The translations under genes and the position numbers were made by a program. Source: a virus. Taken from it: a stretch of DNA of 64,000 nucleotides. The notes under the pieces were generated by a model. That model made no database searches. It worked only from the letters and a program-made list of their open reading frames with translations, and had not been told where the DNA came from. This document shows positions 8,276 through 15,979 of the stretch, in pieces. The stretch is from the IMG/VR virus record IMGVR_UViG_3300023202_000142, positions 64,001 through 128,000 of that record; one strand, given 5' to 3'. Within the stretch, counting starts at the first letter, position 1; each line of letters opens with the position of its first letter.

Positions 8276-8540
8276 CCATTACCTCAACCAGGGCATCCGA
8301 CAAGGTCGTCGCGACCCTCTCTGCCTCTCGTTTCGCCTGATCCTTGTTCAGCGGGGGCATCAAGACCGTTGGTGCGATCTCCAGAGCGTCAGCGATCGCG
8401 TAGAGCGTGGACACCTTGGGGTCACCACCCTCCTCGATGTGGGCGATCGTTGAGTGAGAGACGCCAGCGAGCTTGCCTACAGCGTGCTGGGTCATCCCGC
8501 GATCCATTCTGAGGCCGACCATGGTGTGCGCGAGCTTCAT
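8244..8540 (-). CDS. XRE-family HTH transcriptional regulator
   Basis: LRMDRGMTQHAVGKLAGVSHSTIAHIEEG.DPKVSTLYAIADAL. Confidence 0.9.
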   Translation of the reverse strand: MKLAHTMVGLRMDRGMTQHAVGKLAGVSHSTIAHIEEGGDPKVSTLYAIADALEIAPTVLMPPLNKDQAKREAERVATTLSDALVEVMVTPSPDRSPT

Positions 8541-9028
8541 TTCCCCTCCATCGCAATAAACTCGGCTCGAAGCGACAGGCTCTCTTCATCAAGCTCGATG
8601 CCTCGGTACATATGGCGAAGCTGCTTCTCAGCAGCGTCTGCCCACACCCTGTTGGGCTTGCCGCTCGGTGATTTTCCGCTGCGCCTGTATGAGATCATGG
8701 CCGATTCGATCTTGGTCCTGTAACGCTTATTGAATGTGATAGCCAGCGCCTCATCTTCGCCCAGTTCAAGGATCTGACAGACCCCCTGGAACTTAGCCAG
8801 GACGCAGGGCTCGCCCTTCCTGATGTCGTCGAAACCTATGAATTTCCAGATAAAGAACTTCGTCAGGCTGTTCAGGTCATCGATGCGGTAGCGAACCAGA
8901 CCGCCGCTCGTTTTTGGTGTCCCAGTCTTGTTGCGCAGGGGTTCGAATTTCTCGGCGAGCCAGGCGTTGAAATCCTCGGCGACGCGCTCTCGATGAAGCC
9001 GGCGCTTTCTAGCGTGTTGGTTTTCCAT
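8537..9028 (-). CDS. Hypothetical protein
   Basis: Likely start MENQHARK; operator G (GTGCAC-GCA-GTGTAC, 9029-9043) abuts the ATG. Confidence 0.55.
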   Translation of the reverse strand: MENQHARKRRLHRERVAEDFNAWLAEKFEPLRNKTGTPKTSGGLVRYRIDDLNSLTKFFIWKFIGFDDIRKGEPCVLAKFQGVCQILELGEDEALAITFNKRYRTKIESAMISYRRSGKSPSGKPNRVWADAAEKQLRHMYRGIELDEESLSLRAEFIAMEGK

Positions 9029-9104
9029 GTGCACGCAGTGTACATCGGCCACCCCTTCCGTCAATCCCTGGAGTGTCCTACGATTCCCGGAACCGGAGGT
9101 TCGC

Positions 9105-9788
9105 ATGCCCTACAAGACGACGTCAGACATTCCCCAGCCCGTCCAGGACGCACTTCCAGCGAAGGCCCAGGACATGTGGATGAAGGTCTACAACTCGGCG
9201 AGCAAGCAATACGATGGCGACAAGAGCCGATCTGCGGCAACAGCCTGGGCCGCAGTGAAGCGCAAGTACAAGAAAGGGGAGAACGGAGATTGGGCTCTCA
9301 AGGAAGGACTCATTGAGGCCGTGGACCGCCTCCTGGGCGTAACCAGCGCGCTGCTGCTGCTCTTGCTGCTGTCGGGGTGTGCCTCGGCGCCAGAGCAGAC
9401 TGAATGCCCTGGGGTGCCCCCTGAAGCCGCTTACAGCTTCGAGCTTGTTCGGGTTGTCGACGGTGACACCATTGAGGTCCTCGTGGACATTGGTTTCAAC
9501 ACCTACCGCAAAGTAAGCGCCCGCCTGGACGGAGTCGATACACCTGAGATCTATGGCGTCAAGAAGTGGATGGACGACGCCAAGACGGCCTACACCGAGG
9601 AGTACGCCAGGGGTGCCGCCGCCTCGGAGTTCACGAAGTCGTGGCTTCGGTCTGAATGCCCCTGCACCATTGAGGTCGACGGTGCCGGCAAGTACGGGCG
9701 GTGGATTATCGTGGTTTACTCAGCGAACGGCGCATCGCTTAACGATGCTCTGGTTGAAAGCGGCAACGCTGTCATCGCGGAATACTGA
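9105..9788 (+). CDS. ChaB domain fused to a lipoprotein-type thermonuclease (SNase-like)
   Basis: MPYKTTSDIP...ALPAKAQDMWMKVYNSA...ATAWAAVKRKY is ChaB. Internal LLLLLLLSGC lipobox. VVDGDT, RLDGVDTPE, GKYGR and LNDALVESGNA are SNase motifs. Confidence 0.8.
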   Translation: MPYKTTSDIPQPVQDALPAKAQDMWMKVYNSASKQYDGDKSRSAATAWAAVKRKYKKGENGDWALKEGLIEAVDRLLGVTSALLLLLLLSGCASAPEQTECPGVPPEAAYSFELVRVVDGDTIEVLVDIGFNTYRKVSARLDGVDTPEIYGVKKWMDDAKTAYTEEYARGAAASEFTKSWLRSECPCTIEVDGAGKYGRWIIVVYSANGASLNDALVESGNAVIAEY

Positions 9789-10026
9789 GGTCAACAAACA
9801 CGGGCGTACATGCACCCATGAACGCTCCAACGACATTGTACTCCATCCAGTCAATCGCATCCTCACGATCCCAGTCTTCCCGCTCCATTAAGACCTCGAC
9901 GCATTTGTCGTAGTCGTAAGCGACGACCTCCATCCCGACACGGCGCGCCATGCCGATGATCGCCTTGTCGAGGCCGTCAATGAGGATCGCTTCAGGGTTC
10001 CTTTCCGCGATTTCTTCCTGAGTCAT
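9772..10026 (-). CDS. Conserved phage hypothetical protein
   Basis: DGLDKAIIG...YDYDKCVEVL...A.DWMEYNVVGAFMGACTPVFV, a pattern I recognise from widespread phage hypotheticals. Confidence 0.65.
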   Translation of the reverse strand: MTQEEIAERNPEAILIDGLDKAIIGMARRVGMEVVAYDYDKCVEVLMEREDWDREDAIDWMEYNVVGAFMGACTPVFVDLSIPR

Positions 10027-10297
10027 AGTCGTTCGCGTCCGCAAAGAAGTGTACAACGCCGCCTTCGTAGTCGTATCCAAGACCGTATATCACTTTCACG
10101 AGAGTCTTGAATCCGGTGTTACCGCCGGCCTCGATGCGGTCCAGGGTGTGGACGTGTACGCCGGCGTCGCTTGCTAGGTCCACGCGTGTCTTGCTGGTCA
10201 GGTCTCGCTCGTGCCGAATGAAATCACCGACCTGGACAAGGACGTCATCGCTGGATAACTTGTGCACTCTGTTCACCCGTTCGTCAAGGTGCTCCAT
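9992..10297 (-). CDS. XRE-family HTH protein
   Basis: IRHERDLTSKTRVDLASDAGVHVHTLDRIEAGGNTGFKTLVKVIYGLG. Confidence 0.8.
   Translation of the reverse strand: MEHLDERVNRVHKLSSDDVLVQVGDFIRHERDLTSKTRVDLASDAGVHVHTLDRIEAGGNTGFKTLVKVIYGLGYDYEGGVVHFFADANDYDSGRNRGKEP
10262..10276. promoter_or_regulatory. Dyad operator H
   Basis: GTGCAC-TCT-GTTCAC inside the 5' end of the XRE gene, 20 nt before the divergent HTH-like gene. Confidence 0.6.
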
Positions 10298-10625
10298 GGA
10301 AATTATCGACCTAATGTCTCGTGAGGAACTGGCAGACCGAGTCGGCCTTTCGCCTGGCTATGTCGCGAGATGCGCGCGGGAGGAACGGTTTCCTGGCCAC
10401 CGGTTCTTTATCTATCGGACCCGAGCCAAAGACAAGTGGTTCCACCACTACGCTGCCGTTGATTTCGGCGAGCAGGGGCTGTGGGGGTGGCTGAAGGTCC
10501 AGGGTGTGGACGAAGCTGCTCGCACGCTGAAGATAGAGCGGTTTGCTTTCACCCGGGCGCTGAGGGAGGGAGATCCGGCCTTACTCAGGCAGATCCGGGG
10601 GCACCTGAATCCGCTGAACCGCTGA
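10296..10625 (+). CDS. Putative HTH DNA-binding protein
   Basis: MSREELADRVGLSPGYVARC is HTH-like; its start overlaps the divergent start codon (CCATGG). Confidence 0.5.
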   Translation: MEIIDLMSREELADRVGLSPGYVARCAREERFPGHRFFIYRTRAKDKWFHHYAAVDFGEQGLWGWLKVQGVDEAARTLKIERFAFTRALREGDPALLRQIRGHLNPLNR

Positions 10626-10860
10626 ATTGGTCTCGGACACGAGCTTCCGCAAAGTCCTCAGCGATGTGCTCATGCATGCCAGCCGTAATGAAGGCCGCGG
10701 TGAGCATATGAAAGGTCATTTTGGCCCGGAAGCTGTTGTCGGTCCGCACATCCTCGACAGGGGTCGCACCCGGGTGCAGTTGTACCTGCAGCGTTTGAGT
10801 TGGGGCCTTTCGTCGTAGTTCACGACCCTGTCTTCGTAGTTCTTGGTAGTCGATGTTCAT
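10585..10860 (-). CDS. Hypothetical protein
   Basis: 91 aa, ATGA overlap with the recombinase stop. Confidence 0.55.
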   Translation of the reverse strand: MNIDYQELRRQGRELRRKAPTQTLQVQLHPGATPVEDVRTDNSFRAKMTFHMLTAAFITAGMHEHIAEDFAEARVRDQFSGSADSGAPGSA

Positions 10861-11531
10861 TCTTCGATGAGACGTTTGACCTGTGTGGGGTGAAACGGCT
10901 TCCCTTTGCGATTTTTCAAGCCGAAGTGAGCCATGGCGCGCGAGATCGATCGGAGCGAGCCCCCTTCTTTTCTGAGCTGCCGCGCAGTTCGGATGGCCTT
11001 CTGTTCGGCCGGATCTTCTATGAGATTGACCCCGTCATCGTCAAGGGCGTACCCGTAGGGGGTTCCGCCACCCGTATACTCTCCACGTGCGCGCTTGCGC
11101 TCCAGCGCTTTGGCGGTCCGCTCCCCAATCACTTTTCGCTCCCACTGCGAGATCGCGATGAGAACGTTGAGTACCAGTTCGCCGGTGGCCGTGCTGGTGT
11201 CGATTTGCTCAGAGATCGAAACGAGCCTGAACTGAGACTCGAAGTAATTCTCCAAAAGGATCGCGAAGTCCTTGACCGAGCGTGTCAGCCGATCGAGTTT
11301 GGCGACGATAACACCGTCGACGTCGCCTGATTTTTTGAGCCGCGTGAGCATTGCTTCCAGCCCCTCCCGGTTCAGGGTCGAGCCGGACACGCCCGCGTCC
11401 ACTTCAACACCGATCAGGTCGTGCTCGAATAGTTTACAGTAGGACCTGATTCGTTCCTCTTGGGCCTCGATGCCTAGCCCAGACTCAGCCTGGGCTTCGG
11501 TCGACACCCGAATGTATCCGATGAGTCTCAT
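10857..11531 (-). CDS. Serine recombinase (resolvase/invertase family)
   Basis: IGYIRVSTEAQ (catalytic Ser), DAGVSG...REGL, VAKLDRLTRS, ERKVIGERT, TPYGY and a C-terminal HTH. Confidence 0.92.
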   Translation of the reverse strand: MRLIGYIRVSTEAQAESGLGIEAQEERIRSYCKLFEHDLIGVEVDAGVSGSTLNREGLEAMLTRLKKSGDVDGVIVAKLDRLTRSVKDFAILLENYFESQFRLVSISEQIDTSTATGELVLNVLIAISQWERKVIGERTAKALERKRARGEYTGGGTPYGYALDDDGVNLIEDPAEQKAIRTARQLRKEGGSLRSISRAMAHFGLKNRKGKPFHPTQVKRLIEE

Positions 11532-11540
11532 CGTGACCTC

Positions 11541-11849
11541 CTATCCAGAACACTTGAGTGCCAGACGGACATCCGATCCGGTGTCTTCGAGGACCACGGC
11601 GAAGGAGTTCCGCGAGGCGAAGCGCCGCCCGGTGTCGGGCGAGACGTTAACAACTCGGAACGAGTAGAGGACCTTGTGAGTGCCGACGCTGTAGAAGAGT
11701 CGACCGCGATCAGCATCTATCTCACTGGCGCAAGCGTCAGAGCCGACGACGAGAGTATCGCCTGCGGAGCGAACGCCGTGAACCCGGTGGGCGAGCCCGA
11801 GCGCTTCGAGCGCTTCGGAAAGAGGGACTGCTTCATCGAACCGTGCCAT
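11541..11849 (-). CDS. Hypothetical protein (cassette gene)
   Basis: 102 aa, RBS CAGGAGGTAGCAA. Confidence 0.7.
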   Translation of the reverse strand: MARFDEAVPLSEALEALGLAHRVHGVRSAGDTLVVGSDACASEIDADRGRLFYSVGTHKVLYSFRVVNVSPDTGRRFASRNSFAVVLEDTGSDVRLALKCSG

Positions 11850-11850
11850 T

Positions 11851-11929
11851 TGCTACCTCCTGGTGAGTGGGAAGGCGGGGTGCCCTTCCCGGTGCATCGA
11901 CAATATGTGCACGCCGTGCACAGTGTCAA
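11851..11929 (-). promoter_or_regulatory. Cassette: promoter, perfect operator I, leader hairpin and RBS
   Basis: TTGACA-N16-CATATT; T-GTGCAC-GCC-GTGCAC-A at 11906-11922; stem GGGAAGG/CCTTCCC at 11869-11890, loop GCACCCCG on the mRNA strand. Confidence 0.8.
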
Positions 11930-11990
11930 GCGAGTTGCTTTGTAGGTTCGCTGGGCTGACAATGCAGCTCGACCAGCACAGGAGAGTAAA

Positions 11991-12242
11991 ATGGCAGACA
12001 AGGCCAAAACAGCGATCAAAGAACTGATGGACACCGACTACAAAAAGCCGGACGCGCACTTCAAGATGGTGCAACTGCTCAAGGGTCTGGCCGCGGCGTC
12101 GAAAAAAGACCAGCAGGCCAAGCTGTTCCTCGACGGTGTCAGCGATGCGCTGACGACGGTAGGTAAGACGGTGCTGAAGGCGTCCGAGAAGGAAGAGTCT
12201 GCCGGTCTTACCGGCGACCTCATCGAGAACTACGTCGGTTGA
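11991..12242 (+). CDS. Hypothetical protein
   Basis: 83 aa, RBS AGGAG. Confidence 0.65.
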   Translation: MADKAKTAIKELMDTDYKKPDAHFKMVQLLKGLAAASKKDQQAKLFLDGVSDALTTVGKTVLKASEKEESAGLTGDLIENYVG

Positions 12243-12637
12243 GCGATCTCGTGCTCAGTGGTGCGTCGAACGCTTTCGCGTGCTGCGCGGTGCGCGACAC
12301 CGGAATCACCGGAAGACTCCATTACGGCCCGAAAGGTCCTTAGCCACAACAGCTTCATCTCCTGGGGTAGAGTTTCCAGATCTTCTGGTAGATCTGCCTG
12401 GAGCTGTCGCTCTTCGAAATGCTCTACTCTATTGTAGAGGACCTTCAGGCGCGCGTCCGATCGAGCGCGTTTGACCTCGCACACATCGTCCATCATGGAG
12501 CCCTTTCGGCCGGCCTTGATGACGTAGATGCGATCCTCCAGGAACGCAACAATGCGCTCCATGAGACGTTCATTGTTCTTCTCATCGCTCCAGTCGGCCA
12601 GTTCGACCAAATCGTCTACGGTTTCTCTTCGGATCAT
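12230..12637 (-). CDS. Hypothetical protein
   Basis: Start MIRRETVDD with RBS CAGGAG. Confidence 0.6.
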   Translation of the reverse strand: MIRRETVDDLVELADWSDEKNNERLMERIVAFLEDRIYVIKAGRKGSMMDDVCEVKRARSDARLKVLYNRVEHFEERQLQADLPEDLETLPQEMKLLWLRTFRAVMESSGDSGVAHRAARESVRRTTEHEIAQPT

Positions 12638-12660
12638 GCTGTCTCCTGTGAAGGGCACCA

Positions 12661-12687
12661 TTATGTGCACTCACGTCACACTGTCAA
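12661..12687 (-). promoter_or_regulatory. Promoter with operator J
   Basis: TTGACA-N16-CATAAT; GTGCAC-TCA-CGTCAC at 12665-12679. Confidence 0.7.
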
Positions 12688-12750
12688 CCTGGGGTGCATC
12701 TGAGGTTGGCCGGTGATATACAAGATCATCAAGCCAAGCGGAGAATTGCG

Positions 12751-12957
12751 ATGAAATACATCACGCTGTTGGTATTCGCCCTGTTGCTGCTGCTCGTTGG
12801 ATGCGAGGAGAAGCCGAAACCGGACGCTCCCGAAGAGGACGCCGGAGTTGCAAGGGTCGATGCCGGAACCGAAGAGCCTGCCGCCGCAGATGTTGGTGAG
12901 CAGGCTGATGTCGACAACTCCGACGCGAAAGCGGACGCAGAAGGGAGCAAGGAATGA
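12751..12957 (+). CDS. Small lipoprotein
   Basis: MKYITLLVFALLLLLVGC lipobox followed by an acidic disordered tail. Confidence 0.7.
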   Translation: MKYITLLVFALLLLLVGCEEKPKPDAPEEDAGVARVDAGTEEPAAADVGEQADVDNSDAKADAEGSKE

Positions 12958-13727
12958 CCACGCAGATCGTCGTCACAAACGAAACCGAAGACGTAGCCGA
13001 GGTCCGAACGGTGACCATCGGGTCAGCCGAGGAGGGAGACCTTCACAGCGTCGTGTTCGAGGGAGCCGCGTTCGAGTACGAGGTCGGCGCCGCAGAGACG
13101 CCAACCGACGTAGCCTCGGCGCTCCAGGCTCTGATTGCCGCAAGCGCAATCCCGTTCACTGCTTCGGCGTCGCTCGCTGAAATCGAAGTGACCGCGGACC
13201 GAGCTGGCCGACCGTTCGCGCTCTCAGTCTCGCACCCCAATGACAGTGTTGCGCTGACGACGGCTGCCGAGCAGGCTGTCGATGTACCGCTCCCGGGCGG
13301 CTTCAGTCGTACGGTGCCGGAGGCCGGTCAGGTCAGCCTCCAGGTGAACCTCACTCGACTCCCTCCGGGCGGCCTCCAGGCTCTCAAGGATCTGGAGACT
13401 GCCGGGTTGGTTTCAGTCCTTCCACCCATCGAAGCCCTTCAGGGCGGAGAGGTGGAGAACCTCACGGTCCCCGACGGAGTCACGCTGACGATGTCCAATA
13501 TCGTGGTGAACGGTGACCTCAGTGTTGCCGGAGACCTCACCATGGAAGGGTGCCGCGTTGAAGGTGACGCAGCCATGGCTGCAGGCACGTTGACGGGCGA
13601 GGACTGCTACTTCGGTGGCGATCTCGACAACAACTCTGACCCCGGAACGGTCACTCTCAATGGCGGCCGCGTCATCGGAGCAAAGTCTGGCACGATCACT
13701 CACACGCAGGGTGACTCTGGGTCCTGA
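12954..13727 (+). CDS. Hypothetical protein, beta-rich and possibly structural
   Basis: 257-aa acidic ORF coupled to the lipoprotein. Confidence 0.65.
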   Translation: MTTQIVVTNETEDVAEVRTVTIGSAEEGDLHSVVFEGAAFEYEVGAAETPTDVASALQALIAASAIPFTASASLAEIEVTADRAGRPFALSVSHPNDSVALTTAAEQAVDVPLPGGFSRTVPEAGQVSLQVNLTRLPPGGLQALKDLETAGLVSVLPPIEALQGGEVENLTVPDGVTLTMSNIVVNGDLSVAGDLTMEGCRVEGDAAMAAGTLTGEDCYFGGDLDNNSDPGTVTLNGGRVIGAKSGTITHTQGDSGS

Positions 13728-13784
13728 TTCGGTAGGCGAGCAATCGTCTACTGGAACGCGCGCCCCCTCGCGCGTGTAGCCGCA

Positions 13785-13828
13785 CGGGAGCAGACGGGTC
13801 CTCCACCCTGTCTGCTCCCGTTTTATTT
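13785..13828 (+). terminator. Rho-independent terminator
   Basis: CGGGAGCAGACGGG / CCCTGTCTGCTCCCG stem followed by TTTTATTT. Confidence 0.8.
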
Positions 13829-14056
13829 GCCGTGTCCCCTTCGAATGATTACCGGAGGCTCGAAGGGCTCTTCCGGCTCGGAGTCTTCGTCACCGCCTGA
13901 GCGTGTCGACCCCAACAACTCCTCGCGGTTAATTGGAATTTCCTTGGGCGCAACGATGCCGATTCGGACCTGACTTCGACGAATCTCGCGCACTTCGATG
14001 GTGATGTCGTCGCCAACCTGGATTCGTTCGCCGACTTTGCGGGTGAGGGTAAGCAT
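13823..14056 (-). CDS. csrA: Carbon storage regulator CsrA/RsmA homolog
   Basis: MLTLTRKVGERIQVGDDITIEV..I..SQVRIGIVAPKEIPINREEL is the CsrA signature. Confidence 0.95.
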   Translation of the reverse strand: MLTLTRKVGERIQVGDDITIEVREIRRSQVRIGIVAPKEIPINREELLGSTRSGGDEDSEPEEPFEPPVIIRRGHGK

Positions 14057-14093
14057 AGTGTCCTCCGTGACGTTGTGGACGTTCCATGTCGAT

Positions 14094-14108
14094 GTGCACT
14101 CTGTGTAC
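14094..14108. promoter_or_regulatory. Dyad operator K upstream of csrA
   Basis: GTGCAC-TCT-GTGTAC; a minus-strand TTGACC lies upstream. Confidence 0.6.
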
Positions 14109-14533
14109 TACCTGGAGCGCAGGGGGTCAAGAAAGTCACGGATCAGAATTGCAGGGCTGCCGCTGCAGGGGTACCTGCCCTGCTCCCAGTTGACGACGGT
14201 CTGTTCGGTAACTCCGCAAGCCAAGGCGAAGCTCTTGAGTGTATCGTCGCGCTGAATGCGCACCCATCGAACCGCGATCGGCGCCAGTGGATTTTCCTTC
14301 AGCATCGGTGAGAGGTCGAGGTCCATGTCGATGTGCTCGATGTACTCACGTACGCCCCAGGGCTTCAGAGCACTGTGGTGCCATCTTGTGCACTGATTAC
14401 TCAGGATTTCACCCCTGCTGTAAACATCCGCCCAGACGCGACCTACTGCTGACACGTAGAACGGGCCATAGTATGTGGTTTCGCCATCGAAAATGTACGC
14501 TTGACCGTCTCGCTCAGCGATTCTGAAACGCAT
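14108..14533 (-). CDS. Protein with C-terminal XRE HTH domain
   Basis: VRWVRIQRDDTLKSFALACGVTEQTVVNWEQGRYP. Confidence 0.75.
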   Translation of the reverse strand: MRFRIAERDGQAYIFDGETTYYGPFYVSAVGRVWADVYSRGEILSNQCTRWHHSALKPWGVREYIEHIDMDLDLSPMLKENPLAPIAVRWVRIQRDDTLKSFALACGVTEQTVVNWEQGRYPCSGSPAILIRDFLDPLRSR

Positions 14534-14594
14534 GGCACCTGAACCTGAAATGACCTAACCTGACCGCAGTTCAGAGGTTAACGGAGAGATCGGC

Positions 14595-14888
14595 GTGGAC
14601 ACAGACAAAAATTCGGCGCGTAAGGAAGCTCTGGGGTTTGAGAGGGGATTCGGCCGCACCATTGGACCAAGCCCCCTCGTGGAGAGGGTTGACGCCCTCC
14701 TGGAGAACTTCACGGTCGTCTCGAAGGTTGCGGTGAACATTCCCAAGGCGGTGCGAACAGGTCAGACGCTTGACCCTGTCGATGACGTCCGGGCTGACTA
14801 CACCAAGTACCGCAAGCTGCACTTCTCGAAACGGAAGTGCCCGCCAGAGTGCCCCTTCTGCAAGAGAGCCAAGAAGAATGCTCGTTGA
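14595..14888 (+). CDS. Hypothetical protein
   Basis: 97 aa, GTG start, C-terminal CPPECPFC. Confidence 0.55.
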   Translation: MDTDKNSARKEALGFERGFGRTIGPSPLVERVDALLENFTVVSKVAVNIPKAVRTGQTLDPVDDVRADYTKYRKLHFSKRKCPPECPFCKRAKKNAR

Positions 14889-15966
14889 AGACTTCCCTGT
14901 GGAGATCGGGGATGACGAGTTCGACCTCGAATTGAACCCCGGTTCCGACATTCAGCGCGATCACCCCCTGGTCGGTCGGGGGGTCCAGGTGTCGCCAGGC
15001 GCCAACGAAATCCTGGCCAATCGTCGTGGCGATTTGGGTCAAATCCGGGGCGTCGTGGTCAAGCACGGCCAGGTCGCGGGGTTTCTGGTCGATCTCGATG
15101 GCGATATCCTCATGGGCCCCAAGAAGGCGTTCTACTACGACAAGCTGTTCGTCGAGGACGTTCACCTCAACTCGCCCAGGGCGCAACATATCCGTCGCCT
15201 GATGGCTCACTGGTCAGTCCAACGACACTATTTTGGGCCGAACTGGGACGGCATTGAGTACTTTCACTACCAGCTCGCCAAGGCTGTCGACTGGCTCGCT
15301 GTCGAGAGTGCGGGTTGGTACGACTACCCATCCACGCCCAATGACAAGCTCGGCGGCAAGGACTGGCGTCTCATCATTCCCGACGATCGTTCCTACGTCT
15401 CGGTGAACTGCCATAGTCTCGTGCATGACGGAACCTGGTCGTTGTCGACCACGATATTTTCAACACGCGACATCGATGAGACTGCCCTTTCCATGGTCGG
15501 CGGGCGGGACCACTGGGATCGTGTCTTGCGGTGGACGATTGAAACAGCCAGGGCCCTTCAGGAGCCCGGCATTAACTACTCAGACGTCATCGCTGATCTT
15601 ACTCGGAGAATTGACATGCAGCAGAGCCTGCAGCAGCTCTCTGAAGAACTCAGGCCCGCGCTCGCGCGGGCGCACGAACAAGTCTTTGATGAGGAGATGC
15701 GGTGGCCACGATTCAGTATCGGGGCGTCCAAGATCCCCATCGGGGTTGGAAAGATTGGAGTCAGCATCGCGCCTACTGATGAGCACGACTACACCATCAT
15801 CACGGTACACCCCAAGGCGTTCCAGAAACCTGATTACCTCCGCGAAGTAGTTCGGCACGAGTTGATTCACACTGTCATTGACCAGGACATTCAGACGTCA
15901 GCACATGACGACGTGTTCCAGGCATTCGCAGCGGCCGCCGGCCTCCCGGAGAAGTATCGTGACTGA
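14878..15966 (+). CDS. Protein with C-terminal SprT-like zinc metalloprotease domain
   Basis: Start MLVEDFP; EVVRHELIH...AHDDVFQ (HExxH plus downstream His) is SprT-like. Confidence 0.7.
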   Translation: MLVEDFPVEIGDDEFDLELNPGSDIQRDHPLVGRGVQVSPGANEILANRRGDLGQIRGVVVKHGQVAGFLVDLDGDILMGPKKAFYYDKLFVEDVHLNSPRAQHIRRLMAHWSVQRHYFGPNWDGIEYFHYQLAKAVDWLAVESAGWYDYPSTPNDKLGGKDWRLIIPDDRSYVSVNCHSLVHDGTWSLSTTIFSTRDIDETALSMVGGRDHWDRVLRWTIETARALQEPGINYSDVIADLTRRIDMQQSLQQLSEELRPALARAHEQVFDEEMRWPRFSIGASKIPIGVGKIGVSIAPTDEHDYTIITVHPKAFQKPDYLREVVRHELIHTVIDQDIQTSAHDDVFQAFAAAAGLPEKYRD

Positions 15967-15979
15967 AGGCTATAGCTAC

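Noticed and set aside
10585-11540. IS607-type insertion sequence
   Set aside because: The recombinase lacks the N-terminal MerR-like HTH of IS607 TnpA, and no tnpB lies next to it.
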